DNA from: Lytechinus pictus
Taxonomy: Eukaryota
Direction of reading: 5' to 3'
Length of the DNA stretch: 64,000 nt
Assembly: GCF_037042905.1 (NCBI RefSeq)
Contig: NC_087246.1
Location: forward strand, 11,718,001-11,782,000
Shown: in pieces, positions 27,601 through 40,746 of the stretch
Numbering within the stretch: the first letter of the stretch is position 1
Layout: each line of letters opens with the position of its first letter
The notes under the pieces: model-generated
The model's input: the letters and a program-made list of their open reading frames with translations, nothing else
What the model was told of the DNA's origin: nothing
Database searches by the model: none
Translations under genes and position numbers: made by a program

Positions 27601-30600
27601 CCCCACTTTTTGAAGCACTGAAAAAGTGCCCTTTTTACGCAAGAAAAATGCCCCCTCATGAACGTGTGCTGTGTCCCTTTCACCTGAGGAGGACCCGTTT
27701 TAGGTGTTACCAGGTGCCCCTTCTCGTGTAAGTGCAATTTCTTTTAAATACAAAACATGCCCTCTCTCGAACGTATTCTGTGCCCCTTTCCCCTTAGAAG
27801 GACCCGTTTTATGTGTGAGCAGTTCCCCCTTGTCTTCTTATAAAGTGTCCTTTCTCGAATCAGTGCCCCTTTTTACCGAAGAAAGGTGCCCCTAACGAAC
27901 GTGTTCTTTGCCCCACTCATACCTGAGGACCCGTTTAGTGCCCCTTAACTTCTCATACAGGTTCTTCATATCAGATAAGTTATCCTTATAAAAAACACTC
28001 TTTTCGTGCCCGATGAGCCCCCGCTTTCTTTATTTAGCGTTCTGCTTCATTCTGCAAGTGCATCCTAGCTTTAATCGCATCCCTTTCAAAATATGATTTG
28101 CCCCTTTCGCTACTTCTTTTTCTGTTGATAATGAAACACATGCCCTATTTTAATATGCCCTTATTTACTCTTGATAAATGCCCCTTTTCATTTCTAGTTT
28201 GTTCAAAATGTTCAGTATGTTAATATTCTAATGGTGCCCATTTTCCTTCGGAAAACACATTTTAAATTGACGATTTTCACATAATTATCTTGATGAATAT
28301 TATGAAGCTGTTGTCGACAGGAATAGCCAGCGTTTGCAATACTTTAGTAAATTCCCATGAAGATAGAGCATCATTGCAAAGAAACAAGAAAACAATATTC
28401 TCAATTTTATGAAGGAAACTTTAAGAATAATCCTACGTGCGTTTAGTTTTGTGAGTCATGTGAGTGGGGTAGATGGTCATTTTTTTAATTTGTTTTAAGT
28501 TACAGTGCCCTTTTCGAAAGAAAATGTGCCCTTTTTCCATGTGCCCCCCACTTTCAACATCTCTCCGCCGCCCCTGAGTGCCCCATAATGTTATTTTAGT
28601 TTTTTTCTTGTTGAAATGTTATCGTTGAGAATACAATATATGATATACAAACGCAATTATATTGAATATTTGTTCACAATTTATTTTAATTAAAAGTCAT
28701 GATTGTTCTCAAACTAACAAGTCTTATTTACTAATTATTTTTTTTATAAAGGATTAATTCATTGTTTTTTCTTACATCTATACACATATATCACATTTTT
28801 AAAATAAACACATTGAGATGAAATAACTTAACCAAATATCAAACACTTTATAACACTTTCAAACAATCTTATGATTAAATGATTGTGATCGTGGGTCACG
28901 GAAAATTGAGACAACGCGTACTTAATGTGCGGAAGCAGAAAAGTCATAGAATGAGATCACCAAAAGTTTGAGTAAAATTTGAATAAGAAAGTTATGAGCT
29001 TGGAATGTTTAAATCGCTATACGGAGATCCTCTCATCGGCAATGCGAACAAGGTCCGTTATCACACGAGTACAACATATACCCCATTACATCTCTTTTTT
29101 GCTCATTCCAAGAATTCTGACAAACAATTCCTCCATGATTTTATGTGTGATACCTGTATTACATGCCCTCTTTATAATGAAAAAGAACACATGATCTTTC
29201 TATAGACTATAGATAAAAGATACTTTTAAATGAAATATGTATTAAAGTAATTTGTAGGCCTACGTGTTTTACATCACAGATCTCGGTCACTTTGCCAATA
29301 TCTAAAAGCAACCATCTCAATACTCAAATGCTCTTTGATAACTATATCTTCCACAAAATATCATTAATCTCTTTCTTCAATTTTTTTTTCTATGCATGTG
29401 ACTGGTTTCAAGTACATGTTTTAGTCTCTTTTGGTTCTTTTTCAAGTTAGTAAGACCTGAAAAGAGATATTTTAAGGAAAGTTTGTCGGATCAGGATATG
29501 TATCTCTCTAGATAATTCGAGTGCAAAGTATTAATTATTTTGTTGATAATACTGTGTTCACATGAAATATGCTTGAGTGAGAACTCTAATCATGATAGGA
29601 ATGCATGGATGAGTGAACACAGCAAATTATGTTTCATTTTGTGAGAAAAAATATATATTTCCAAAATTTCCTTTGCACACAGTGTTTTTCTCTTGCAGCA
29701 ATTCATGTTGTCGCTATATATATACCTAAATTAATTTGATTTCCTAACTTCAGATGAATGTGGTGGTATCCTCCAAGGTGGAAAGGGTTCGCTTACTTCA
29801 CCAGGCTGGCCTTCTCCTTACGGTCCACAACAAGACTGCCTATGGACCATTCGGGTGTGTATTAATTTCATTATGGTATCAAGTTTATAGGCCAAGTCCA
29901 CCCCTGAAAAATGTTGATATGATTGATTCAATAGAGAAAAATCAAACAAGCATAACGCTGAAATTTCATCAAAATCGGATGTAAAATAAGAAAGTTATGG
30001 CATTTCTAAGTTTTGATTAATTTCACAATGGCAGAAAGAAGCTGCTGAAAACTGCTTATCTAATAAAAGAGAGCCAATGTTTTTCACAAAACAGTTATTA
30101 TGCACATCCCGGTCGGTATGCAGATGAGGGGACTGATGGCATCACTCACTCACTATTTCTTTTGTATTTGATTATATGAAAAAGGAAATATTCTAATTTT
30201 CTCATTGTCCAGTGAAACAAAGTTTTATTTCTCCCTGAACTTGTGGAATTACCATTGTTTAATATTCTATGGTTCAGTCAATTTGTCTTTCTTATTTCAC
30301 ATCAAATTTTGATGACATTTTCAGCGTTATGCTTGTTTGATTTTTCTCTATTGAATCATATCAAAATTGTTCTCTCTGTGGAAGTCAGTCACAGACATCA
30401 TTGATTTTTTTTGGCTGCTTCATATATGAATGATCTCCACCTTGATGCACCATCTCTCACCCCCACGGCACCCCAATTAAAAGTTTTTTTTAAAGTTTAT
30501 ATGGATGTCTATAAAGCAATCATTACTGCAGTGAATTTTCACTAGTTTAATTCAACTGTCAGTACCCCGTTGTTTATGGATATTACGTGTAGTTTTACAA

Positions 30601-30905
30601 TAGTGCTGTTTTTTGGGGAATAAAATGTGCAGTTGATTGGGTTCCAGAACCACATTAAGATGTTCAAAAAGATATCTCATCTCTGTTACTTGTCAAGGCA
30701 GGTTCCCCAGAACAAACGAGTACAGATATGGTTCACGGCATTCAACCTTGAAGATCACGAGACTTGTTCTTACGACCACGTCACTCTCAAACTCGGCGAT
30801 GAAAAAGTTCCGATGAGGTAGTAATAATCATAGAAATAATACATTATATGGAATGTATGCTCTCAAATAAGCATATTGTAAATATATGTGTATACATACA
30901 TACAT

Positions 30906-30938
<33 letters not shown>

Positions 30939-31495
30939 TCAGATTAAAGCAACTATGTAAATCTTAGAAAACTGGGGAGAGGGATAGAAAGAAGCATCAT
31001 TTCACTTTTTTTAAGATAAAGTTTTGAGAAACACTTGAGAGCTGCTTGACACATCAAATAAGAAAATAACTACAAACTCCCCATTATGAAAGTTCATTTC
31101 TTATGGGAATATCCACATTTCATACTTTTATATGAATATATTCATATCAAATTCATATTGGCATTTTTATATTTTTACAGGATGTATTTTCAAGTCATTT
31201 GATCTTATCATTCAAGAACAGATTGACTTCATTTAGGACATAGGGGCGGATATTCTTGACCAAAATTAAATAATTTTGAATTGCCTAAGTTTAGTATTTC
31301 AACAATATCCTATTCTTATTGTTGTTGAACCAAGTTAAATACTGATGATTTGAACATCAATATTTCAGATTATGTGGTTCAGATGTGTCGACAGGCAAGT
31401 ACACTTCCACCAGGCGTGAAGTTCTGCTGCGATTCAGATCGATACATGGTCAGGGTAAAATAGGATTCCGTGCACAATTCAAGGCTGTTCGTTAA
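21698..31495 (+). CDS. Secreted CAP (SCP/CRISP/PR-1) domain protein with two CUB domains, ~590 aa; exons 21698-22213, 22934-23164, 23659-23768, 24291-24385, 24978-25109, 25929-26026, 26566-26681, 27376-27506, 29754-29854, 30702-30817, 31369-31495
   Basis: All 11 exons have GT-AG ends and join in frame (1773 nt, ending TAA). Signal peptide MRIIIPLLCILIFASTYIYA. CAP motifs HNDFR, GQNI, WYNE, GHYTQVVW, LVCNYGEGGNY and hinge PCSQCP..C..LC. Gly/Asn linker. CUB motifs CGG..FTSPGW..YP..CEWII..CSWDYL..YCG..FHSD..GF, repeated. AATAAA at 31591. Confidence 0.92.
27588..28576. mobile_element. hAT-like non-autonomous element in an intron of the CAP-CUB gene
   Basis: 8-bp duplication AGTGCCCC (27580-27587 / 28577-28584). 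Ends TAGGGGCGGCG / CGCCGCCCCTG. Many internal TGCCC motifs. Confidence 0.75.
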
Positions 31496-32110
31496 ACATT
31501 ATGTCAGTTATTCAAGTATCATCAAGCATCAGGTATCATCCAAGAGATCCTTAGTATTATACACGAGTCATGTTAATTCACAATGTGAAGAATAAAAAGA
31601 AAATATGCTTATGTGGAATACTGCATTCTTCATTTTTTACTTTCACGTGTAATTGCAACCAAACATGTTTTGTTAAGTATCTGTGGGGTTAACTCAGTCT
31701 TTTCAAAATACCACGACTTCTTGACAACATTGGTTTTGGCATAATGAGCCAAAGGGTTTCAACACTTATTGATTTGTCAAGTGTTGATTAAGTGAGCACA
31801 CTTATTTACTAGTGTGAGCAAAACATAATAAAAGTTTTCAAAATTAAGAAGGGTAATATTCTCAAATTAAGAAATTTGATGAATTATATCCTTTTATGAC
31901 CCAATTACACATCTCCTGACACGTTTGAACATTTTGTCATGCACCTGCGAGTTCATTAAATAGGCCTACTGTTCAAATTTTGTAAAATATGTTGAACCGA
32001 TCCCTCATTCAATCAGTGGCGTTATGAGCGAATGAGAAACATTTGACACATAAATACAAAAATATTATTTGTGATACATTTTGACATGATATTCAGAAAA
32101 TATTTTCATA

Positions 32111-33980
32111 ACGACAAACCCCACCATAGAAGACTTGAGACCAGTTTCGCTAACAGACCATTTCACAAAGATCCTGGAGAAATTTATTGCGAAGTGGTTG
32201 GTGGGTGACATTGGCAATGCGATCGATAAGTCACAGTTCGGCAACAGGAAAGGTCATTCAACTGCACATTATTTGATAGATATACTAAACACAATTCATC
32301 AGAATGCCGATAAACCAAAAATGGTCTCAACCCTGGTGGCTACGGACTTCAGCAAAGCCTTCGACAGGATAGATCATGGGCTAGCTGTTAGGAAACTGCT
32401 TGATATGGGGGCATCTCCGTCCTTGGTGGCTTGGATCTCCAATTTCCTCTCCAACCGAAAGCAGAATGTACGTTATCTGTCTCAACTCTCTGATTGGATG
32501 GAGATTTCGGCAGGTACTCCGCAAGGCACTCGACTTGGACCGATAATCTTCGTCTGAATGATCAACGACTTGTTCAAGGATAGCGACCACCAATATTGGA
32601 AATATGTCGACGACCTCTCCCTGCTTGAATGTAGGAAATCAACGGATCAATTAAAAATCCAAGAAGAAGTAAATGAACTGGAGAAATGGACCAAAGACAA
32701 CTGCATGAAACTGAACCCTAAGAAATGTGTCGTAATGAACGTTCAGTTTATGAGAAACCCAACATGTGTCCCAAAAGTAATAATTGATGATCAAGAACTA
32801 GGTGAAGTCCATCTTGTTAAACTTTTAGGTGTGTTCGTACAAGATGACTTAAAATGGTCATACCATGTTACAGAAATGGTCAAGGCAGCGAGCATGAGGC
32901 TACACATGATGCGGATCCTGAAAGGTTTTCGGCTACCAGTTGAGGATTTGAAAGTAGTATATTGTTCTTATGTGCGCCCGAAACTCGAATACTGCGCCCC
33001 GGTTTGGCATTCTGGCCTAACGCAGAAAGAAAAAAAAATGATTGAGAGAATTCAGAAACGTGCGTGTCGCCTCATGCTTGGCCAAAGGTACACCAGTTAT
33101 GATGATGCCCTCACTGTTCTTCACCTCCCAACATTAGAAGAGAGAAGGGAAACGTTAACACTGAAACTAGCAAGTAACCTTACAAAAGAGACGTCCCCAT
33201 TCCATCACTGGCTCCCTCCTACCAGAGCCATTAGCACCTCCCGTAACCTGCGGAATGCTGGGAAATACTCTGAAATTAAGTGCAAAACCCAGCGCTATAA
33301 AAAGAGCGCACTGCCATTCATTGTGAGGCTACTCAACTCAAAATCTGAATAACTGGCTAAATTATAATAATGATAACAAATAATACATTGTATGAATAAT
33401 TGATTTTTTAGTTGGCAGTATGAAAAAATGAAATGATTAGCATCAGAGTTACTTATTCTACTTATAATATAGATGCAGATCATAAATTATGCTCAAATTA
33501 TAAATCTTAATGCTCTTGGACACATTTTTTTTTTTTTAACACTTTTATACATTTCAAGCTGGATATCCCGCTAGTCTTTATCATGTTTGCCAAGGCAATA
33601 CTGTATATCAGTGTTTTAACGATACAAAAAATATTTCTATTGCCACCCATATTGTATAAATTATATGACCTTAAACTTTGTATCCTTAAGCCTATACTTG
33701 CACCGAAAGATGCATGGCATATATATCACAAAACAACCGTATTGAATTATATTATATTATGAAATCTTCATCTAGTAAAATCATTTGTTAAATCCTATTA
33801 CCAATATCCATTTATTCAGATCAGAGTTTAGTTACTTATGTCTTATTTCAATATCTTATTTTTAACAACTATTGTGTGTGTATTGTTTGTATTAATCATT
33901 TTTGTAAATTGCACGCAATTCAGCCGTGAGGCTGCTATATGCAAATGTTTTTATACCAAAATAAATATTTTAAAAAAAAT
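32111..33980 (+). mobile_element. 5'-truncated non-LTR retrotransposon (LINE, CR1/L2-group-like RT) with one premature stop
   Basis: RT motifs LRPVSLT, QFG, DFSKAFD, GTPQGTRLGP, YVDD and a C-terminal YVRPKLEYCAPVW...IERIQKRACR. In-frame TGA at 32555-32557, ORF stop at 33352. The AT-rich 3' UTR ends in AATAAA plus an A-run near 33960-33979. Confidence 0.9.
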
Positions 33981-36598
33981 ATGTCAGCCTTTTCCTTTTT
34001 CATTTGACTTTCTTGGTCCTGAAAATTTTAGGGGGCCCAATTATGAATGAAGTACATTTATTTCCAACGAATAAAAGCAACTATTAATACATTTTATGAA
34101 TTTGAAAAAAAAAAACAATGGAGGTAGCAACTCAGAAAGCACAGCTTGTGATGAGTGCACCGCGACATAAACAATAAATACACATAGTACATGAAAGAAA
34201 CTTATCTAATTAATCGGTTCTCCATCAGTTTGCATAACGGACAGGATGTATATAGGGCAAAACTTGAAAATGACACAACTTTCTTATTTCACATATGATT
34301 TGGATGGAATTTTCAGTATATTTGTTTGGATTTTCTCTTTTGATCCAAGTCTACTTTTTTGTTGAAGAGGACTTTCTGTTTGCTTCATCATAGAAAAGTC
34401 AACCCAACAAAAGTTGATTTTAATAAAACAAAGAAAATTAAAATTCAGATGAAAAAAAAAAAAGGGAAAAAAAAAAAAGGAAAAAAAAAAGTTTAACTTA
34501 ATATCACAAAACAGTTAACAGTTTATTTTATGACGCAGGATTTAAAAAAAAATCCTCTCATCACAGTAATGTGAAATAAAGTTTGATTCCTCCCTGAATA
34601 TTTGGAAATGGCATTGTTGTAATTTGATTTTAAAGAGTCACCTATCTTCAAATTTGCAAAAAGTGAAATATTTTATAATTCTAAGAATTTCCATCGATAT
34701 ACATACATATATATATATAAAAGTAAGCATGAAAACTTTTAAATTGTCATTTCTTTCTTATTTCACTTTCGATTTTGATAGTTATTTATACAGCCAGTTT
34801 AATGGTTATTATTAGAAATACTTATATATATCTCATTTAGTTCTTTATACATGTATATTGAATTTCTTTCTTTGTTATAATCAGTCAAATAAACTTAAGA
34901 CTGGGTGCATGCTCATGGCATTTGGTTGATAAATATTCTTTTGTTCATTCCCTGACTCTCACTTCTTGCCCTTCTCATCTTTTTCTCTTGTCACTTCTTC
35001 TTCTCCTTTTCTAAAAAATCTTCTTTCTACCCCTTACTCTCCATTCCTCACTCGATAAACAACCTTGTATTTCTCTAAAAGCACACACTATTTTTTCCCC
35101 ACAAATATTAGGTTTTATATACCAATGTGCATGATATATTTTACTGCACTATAGTAAATTATCCCATTAATCTAGCATTGACAATTAACACAATCAAAAA
35201 AGAACTTAATACATGTATAAAGAAATAACAATAAGATATATTAGTATTTCTAGTAAAACCCATCAAACCACAGCTTTGTGAATTACAACTTATTTTTAAT
35301 AGTTTATGTTCAAGCACAACAAATGCATGCAAAACAACAAGGAAGTCTTAACATGCATTAAAATACTCAGCTAATAAATAACACAATGGGAGACGAAATC
35401 CATAACAAAAAACAAGAGGAAGGAGAATGAGAAGGAAGACCTGAAGCGAAAATGGCTTAGAAGAATGTTTTCAGAAAACATTGGCCATTTCAAACATGTT
35501 GATATGACGACCTTGTATAATCGCCAAATATGAATGCTAGATAGAAAAGAAAGAAGGAAAAAGTAGATGGAAAGTTGAAATATAACTTGGCAAAAGAAAA
35601 ATGGAAGGAGCAGGACAAGCAGTAGACAGAGGAGTTTAAAGTGTTACTAAAAACTATCAGGAACTTACATTTAAGAGATGCAATCAAAAATACAAAGACT
35701 ATGGTGGGCAAAGCAGTATCAAAATCCAGATTTTTTTTTATTACATGATATAAAACTGCTCCATCTATTCATAGAACTGAAGCCTTACAATGCATCAACA
35801 TTAATTCTACAACTGTGCATTGTGCAGGATACATGTATTCAGAAAAGAAAGACATACACTCCGAACCGTCGAATCACAAATACATGGTGCAAACCCATTT
35901 CAGAGAAAATCGACTTCAAAGTTTTGACCGACCGTGATTTCAATGCGCGCGATCAGTCAAGCGTCGTATTGCTTTTTCACGTGCAAAGTCAATGCAGTGT
36001 GATACGACGGCTTAGCTGACCACACGCATTGAATTCGCGGTCAGTCAAAAACGTTGTATCGCTCTGCTACAGTACACGTTTCTAATGGGATTGCGTATTT
36101 TATAACAAAATTTGTATGACATCGCCTTGAAAATCCCCTCTATCTCAAGAACTTAAATAAATTGCATCCTAGAAATTTAGTTATAGAAAAATCCCAAAAT
36201 AATTTTTTTCGCCAAATTGACTGATACCACGGTTCAGATGAACGCCGACGAATTATTTCCAAGCTGTAGATTTTCTTGTTCCACAGGGATGTATGTTGGA
36301 ACTGCAACTGTTCTTATTGTATAATATGATAATGAATAATTGCAACAAAATGATTCAAGCAGAGCTCCATTTCTCGAGAAACACAAGAGAAACTCCAGCA
36401 GCACGATGGCCTTTGATGTACCATGTTTAATGATGCTGGTTTCACGTGAAAAACTCAGAAATGATTTTTCTTAATTTGGGGGAAGAAACAAAATGAATAT
36501 TTAATCTTTTATTTTAAGAAGCTGGAATTCTAGCAATGTGAAAAACATTAATAATCAACCCTCATTGTACTGAGAAAAGTGGCATGCTTATGTATAAT

Positions 36599-36875
36599 CA
36601 GGGGCGGATCCAGCTTTTTATAAAGGGGGGGGGGGTTGGGGTGGTATGCGAGGGAGCGTAGCCACCGAGTCCAAGCGAGCGAGGGGGGAGGGTGTGGGAG
36701 GGGGGTGTCCCCCCTCCCACAGTAGGGAAAATTTTTGAAAATCTGTGTGTGAAAATGGCGTTTTCTTGCATTACAAGTTTTAAAAAAAAGATAAGATTTT
36801 AAAAAATGGTCCCCGGATTTTTTTTTTTGGGGGGGGGTTGCAACCCCCCCAACCCCCCCTCTAGATCCGCTTCTG
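36599..36875. mobile_element. Small MITE (CAGGGGCGGATC type)
   Basis: Ends CAGGGGCGGATCCAG / CTAGATCCGCTTCTG, with G/C-run interior. Confidence 0.55.
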
Positions 36876-37559
36876 ATAATTCATACTCTCTCTTTGTATC
36901 AAAGTCCACAAGGCCCTAAGGATCAGAAAGGCATTTAGCACATCTCTCAATTGCTACCTACTTCTCTCTCAGTTCCTGCACAGAACAGAATCACATTTTT
37001 ACCTCATTCATAGGGAATTGTTGACAGGCTACAAATTAAGTAGCAAACATGAGTTTGCAACAAGTGACTGAAGAAATCCGATAGAAACTATGTTGAAACA
37101 AAGGGAAAAAAGATAAGAAGCAAATATTGGCATATATCCCTAATTGGTATACTAATTTGAATGAAGGCAAGCAGGTAAGTACTGGCAGTTGCAAACTAGC
37201 TGGATCAAGTAATTGTCTATGTCTTGAAGTTTTTACCTGTATTTGATTACATCACAGGCAGCCTGCATTCCATTCATCATTATTATGAGGTCAAAAACTA
37301 AGCTTTCAGAATTAGCCCCACCCCCCATATTATGGGGGGGGGGCACTTCCATTTACAAGAGGATATAATGCCTGCCCAAATAACGTAATAATGGTGTCAA
37401 AAACTCTAAAATGCTGAAAAAGGGGTATACTTTTTGTGAGGCAACGTATGTGATTAGAGTCTGATTTGCAAGGGTTTAATCTCTTTCCTAAAATGCATAA
37501 GGAAATAATTATTGACGGGGTTCTGTAGATAATACTTGGTTGTCATACCCAACACTTGT

Positions 37560-38143
37560 CAATGGTCAAGTCCACACCAGAAAAGCTTAATTCGAATAAA
37601 AAGAGAAAATTCAAACAAGCATAACACTGAAAAGTTCATCAAAATCGGATGTAAAATTTATAACATTTTATTAAACTCTTGCTCATTTAAAAAAAACAGT
37701 TGTATGCATATCTCAGTGATATGCCAATGAGAGAGTTGATGATGTTCCTCACTATTTGTTTTTTATTGTTTGAATTATACAATATTTCAATTTTTACAGA
37801 TTTGACAATAAGGAGCCCCTTGTCCCTTGTTTGAACCACAAAATGGGAAAACAATGATATACAGTATACACATATGTTCAGGAAGGAATAATGTTTCATA
37901 TGAGAACAAGGGGAAAATTATAATATTTCATGTAATGAAATATAGAAGAAATAGTGAGTGGATGATGTCATTTGCATACCAATCTGGATTTCAATATGAC
38001 TATTTTGTGAAATTGAGCGAAAGTTTTAAATGTCATAACTTTCTTATTTTACATTCAAGTTTGATGAAATTTTCAGTGTTATGCTTCTTTGATTTTCCTC
38101 TTTTTATTCAAAACAACTTTATGTTGGGGTGGACTTGTCCTTT
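37560..38143. mobile_element. Degenerate MITE of an abundant family; partial copies at ~19350-19465, ~29890-30370, ~34250-34680
   Basis: Ends GGTCAAGTCCAC / GTGGACTTGTCCTTT. The subterminal motif GAAATTTCATCAAAATCGGATGTAAAAT recurs in several copies. Confidence 0.6.
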
Positions 38144-38479
38144 GAGGGTGGAGCAAGGTTATGTAGGTTCTCACATACTTGTTAAAGGATTTTTTTTTTT
38201 AAACTATGGAATCGCATGATATCCATTGGTCAATGGAAGTGGCCTCTGGGGCTTCTTATGCATGAAATTTGCCAATTTTTTAGGGAACACAATATTTGCT
38301 GAAACAAAATTAAAGAAATATCACTGCTGTTGACCTTGTGTTAAACAGGCAAGAATACAAGTCATATTTGGTATCCATATTGATGAGAAAATTGGAAAAT
38401 AAATGTATCCTCCAACTCATTTCCCTTGACACAGCTTTATTTTCTTACCTCATTCTGTTCATAACTAGAGAACATCTTG

Positions 38480-40066
38480 TCAATAAGCCTTATACTGATT
38501 ATTGCGTATATAGTCCTTTACGTTCCTCCATGTGCGGGAACTCAAACATGGTGTTTTAGAGAGAGCAGTCTCAATTTCAGCTTTCCCTGGGAGTGTTTTT
38601 ACATGACTATGGCTGGTCATATATGACCTGAAAGCAGTTGCTACTGCTAACTTTTCCTTGTATGTCCATTTCTGTTTCTTGGTTGCTTTCTTAGACTGCT
38701 TGATTCTTTCCCTGGAAGTTTTCTTCTTTGTTGCATCCTTCTTTGCAGGGCTTTTTGAAGCATTCAGGACTACATGATAGAAAAATACAAAATTGAGTAG
38801 CATTTGAACAAAAGAGTGGTGCAAAGGCGAGCACATAATACACCCGCCTGTAAAGTGGAAAAATTGAGTTATTATTCAAGCAAGAAAGAGGAAGGTGGCA
38901 ATTTGACCTTTGACCTCAAAATCAATAGAATTCCTGAGATCCATGCTAGTATCATACACACCAAATTATATGAGCACTTAAGTTAAACTAAGGGAAATGA
39001 AACCTTTGGAGCAAGTGGGCTTGTGTGGAAACAGAAATATCAAAGAAGAAGAACAAAGAAAGTTTGAGAAAAGTCTGACAAATAATGAGAAAGTTATGAG
39101 CCTTTGACCATGGCGATCACTAATGCTATGGGGATCCTCCCATTTGCAATGTGACAAAGATGTGTGATGTCACATGTGAACAACTTTCCCTTTGATGGAC
39201 TATGAAATACCCCCAAAATGTATCTTTTTGTTCTTTCTTTTGGTGATACAAACTCTTTATCCATAATGTATTCTTTGAAAATCTGTATTACATGCCCTCC
39301 TATAGAAAGAATACATGATCTACTCATGGATGTGATAACAGAGGCAGTTTAAGTGAAATAATATAGAAAAGTAATGGGAGAGTTGTTTACAAGTGACATT
39401 ACACATCTTTATCGCATTGCCAATTAGAGGAGCTCCATGGCATGAATGATTGCAATATTCAAATGCTCATAACTTTCTTATTATTTGTCCCGATTTTTCT
39501 CAAACTTTCGTTGATCTGTTTCTTTGATTTTTCTGTTTTCACACAAGCTTTCTTGTTCCAAAGATTTCATTTTCCTTTAAACTGAAGTTATCGTGTTTAC
39601 AAAGAAAAGTTAACGGACTGACAGACAGACGGACGGACACCGAGCATGACACCATAAATAATACGTCTCACAGGACGGGCGAGTAAAAAAAGTTATGTGT
39701 CGTGACTAATGGGGCGTTGCAAGAAACTTGTGATCAATTGCGAGTCTATTTTCAGTCTCTAAATCAATCATAGGTATTGCATTTAATTACAAATTTGCAA
39801 CTGATTGCTAATCTGCTCCATGAAACAAGGAGTGTAATCTGATTTGCTACAGCTAAAATTGATCAATCAATTGTAAAATTGCAAAAGAATATTTGTAATT
39901 GATTGCAAATATTTTCTTGCAACACCCCCTAAGGCTTTTGTTAAGGTACCCTGTACGTTACCTGCATGGTTACAAGTATTTTGCCCATGTGATTCTGTCT
40001 CATCATCTACAAGTAATCCATCCTTCTCATGATCAGGTGCTTCAAGGGACTTAGCCATAGGCACAA
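38480..40066 (-). CDS. Last two exons (40066-39962, 38769-38480) of the recombinase-derived isoform; basic region plus Myb/SANT-like C-terminal domain
   Basis: Phase-1 GT-AG junctions join in frame to the large exon. The sequence KQKWTYKEKLAVATAF...LPGKAEIETAL..PCLSSRTWRNVKDYIRN matches the C-terminal W..E..AV..PGK..R.W..VK..RN pattern of this protein family. Candidate polyA signal at 38441-38436. Confidence 0.8.
38806..39690 (+). mobile_element. Helentron/pearl-like element with (ACAG)/(ACGG) microsatellite, interrupted by another repeat
   Basis: TGACCTTTGACCT core, GACAGACAGACGGACGGAC near the 3' end, and terminal TACACCCGCC / GGGCGAGTA inverted motifs. Confidence 0.5.
39711..39928. mobile_element. 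MITE
   Basis: Ends GGGGCGTTGCAAGAAA / TTTCTTGCAACACCCC. Confidence 0.65.
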
Positions 40067-40746
40067 CTGATAAAAAAAAAATTCCATTCTACATACTGTT
40101 ACAATACTTAGACCTCTGCAGGATTCAAAATAATTCTATCTAATGGACACCAATTATAAAATGATACATGGACAATTATTTTCAAATATATTACATCTAC
40201 CAAAAGTGAATTATTATTTACACAAATCTTTATCATAGCCAGAATGTTTTACATTCTGGGGTTTTGGTTAGGGTTCATGGTTCTGTGATGCACATAAATG
40301 AATGCCAGTTTTATGGTGATAGGTATTTTCTTCAGGATGGTTATTTCACACACAGTACTAATATATCCTATTTGATTTACTGTATCAAGGCTCACACCAG
40401 GTATACATGATGGATGTTCGGACATAGATATGTAAACTTAGAAAATAATGAAAGATACCTTTCATAACTCACCATCTATTTAAAAATAACAAATAATTCT
40501 ACAAATTTATCAAAGATTGACCCTTCCAAATCTAATTTTTGTTTATGAAAAAAAAACCTCAATAATAACACACCTGGGTCCAGTAACATGTCATGAATGA
40601 TACATTTGACTGTACAAACTAGTATAACTAAGTCGATGGCAAACTGTTTACAAAAACTTATACAAATTCTAACAATTTTAAGAATTAATGTCACATGCCC
40701 TAGTAATTTGATCTGTAATGAGAATGATCCAATTTCATATCTTTAC

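Noticed and set aside
5071-32557. Functional link between the UCA tRNA and the TGA interrupting the LINE ORF
   Set aside because: A single nonsense change in a truncated LINE is expected decay, and nothing in the sequence ties the two together.
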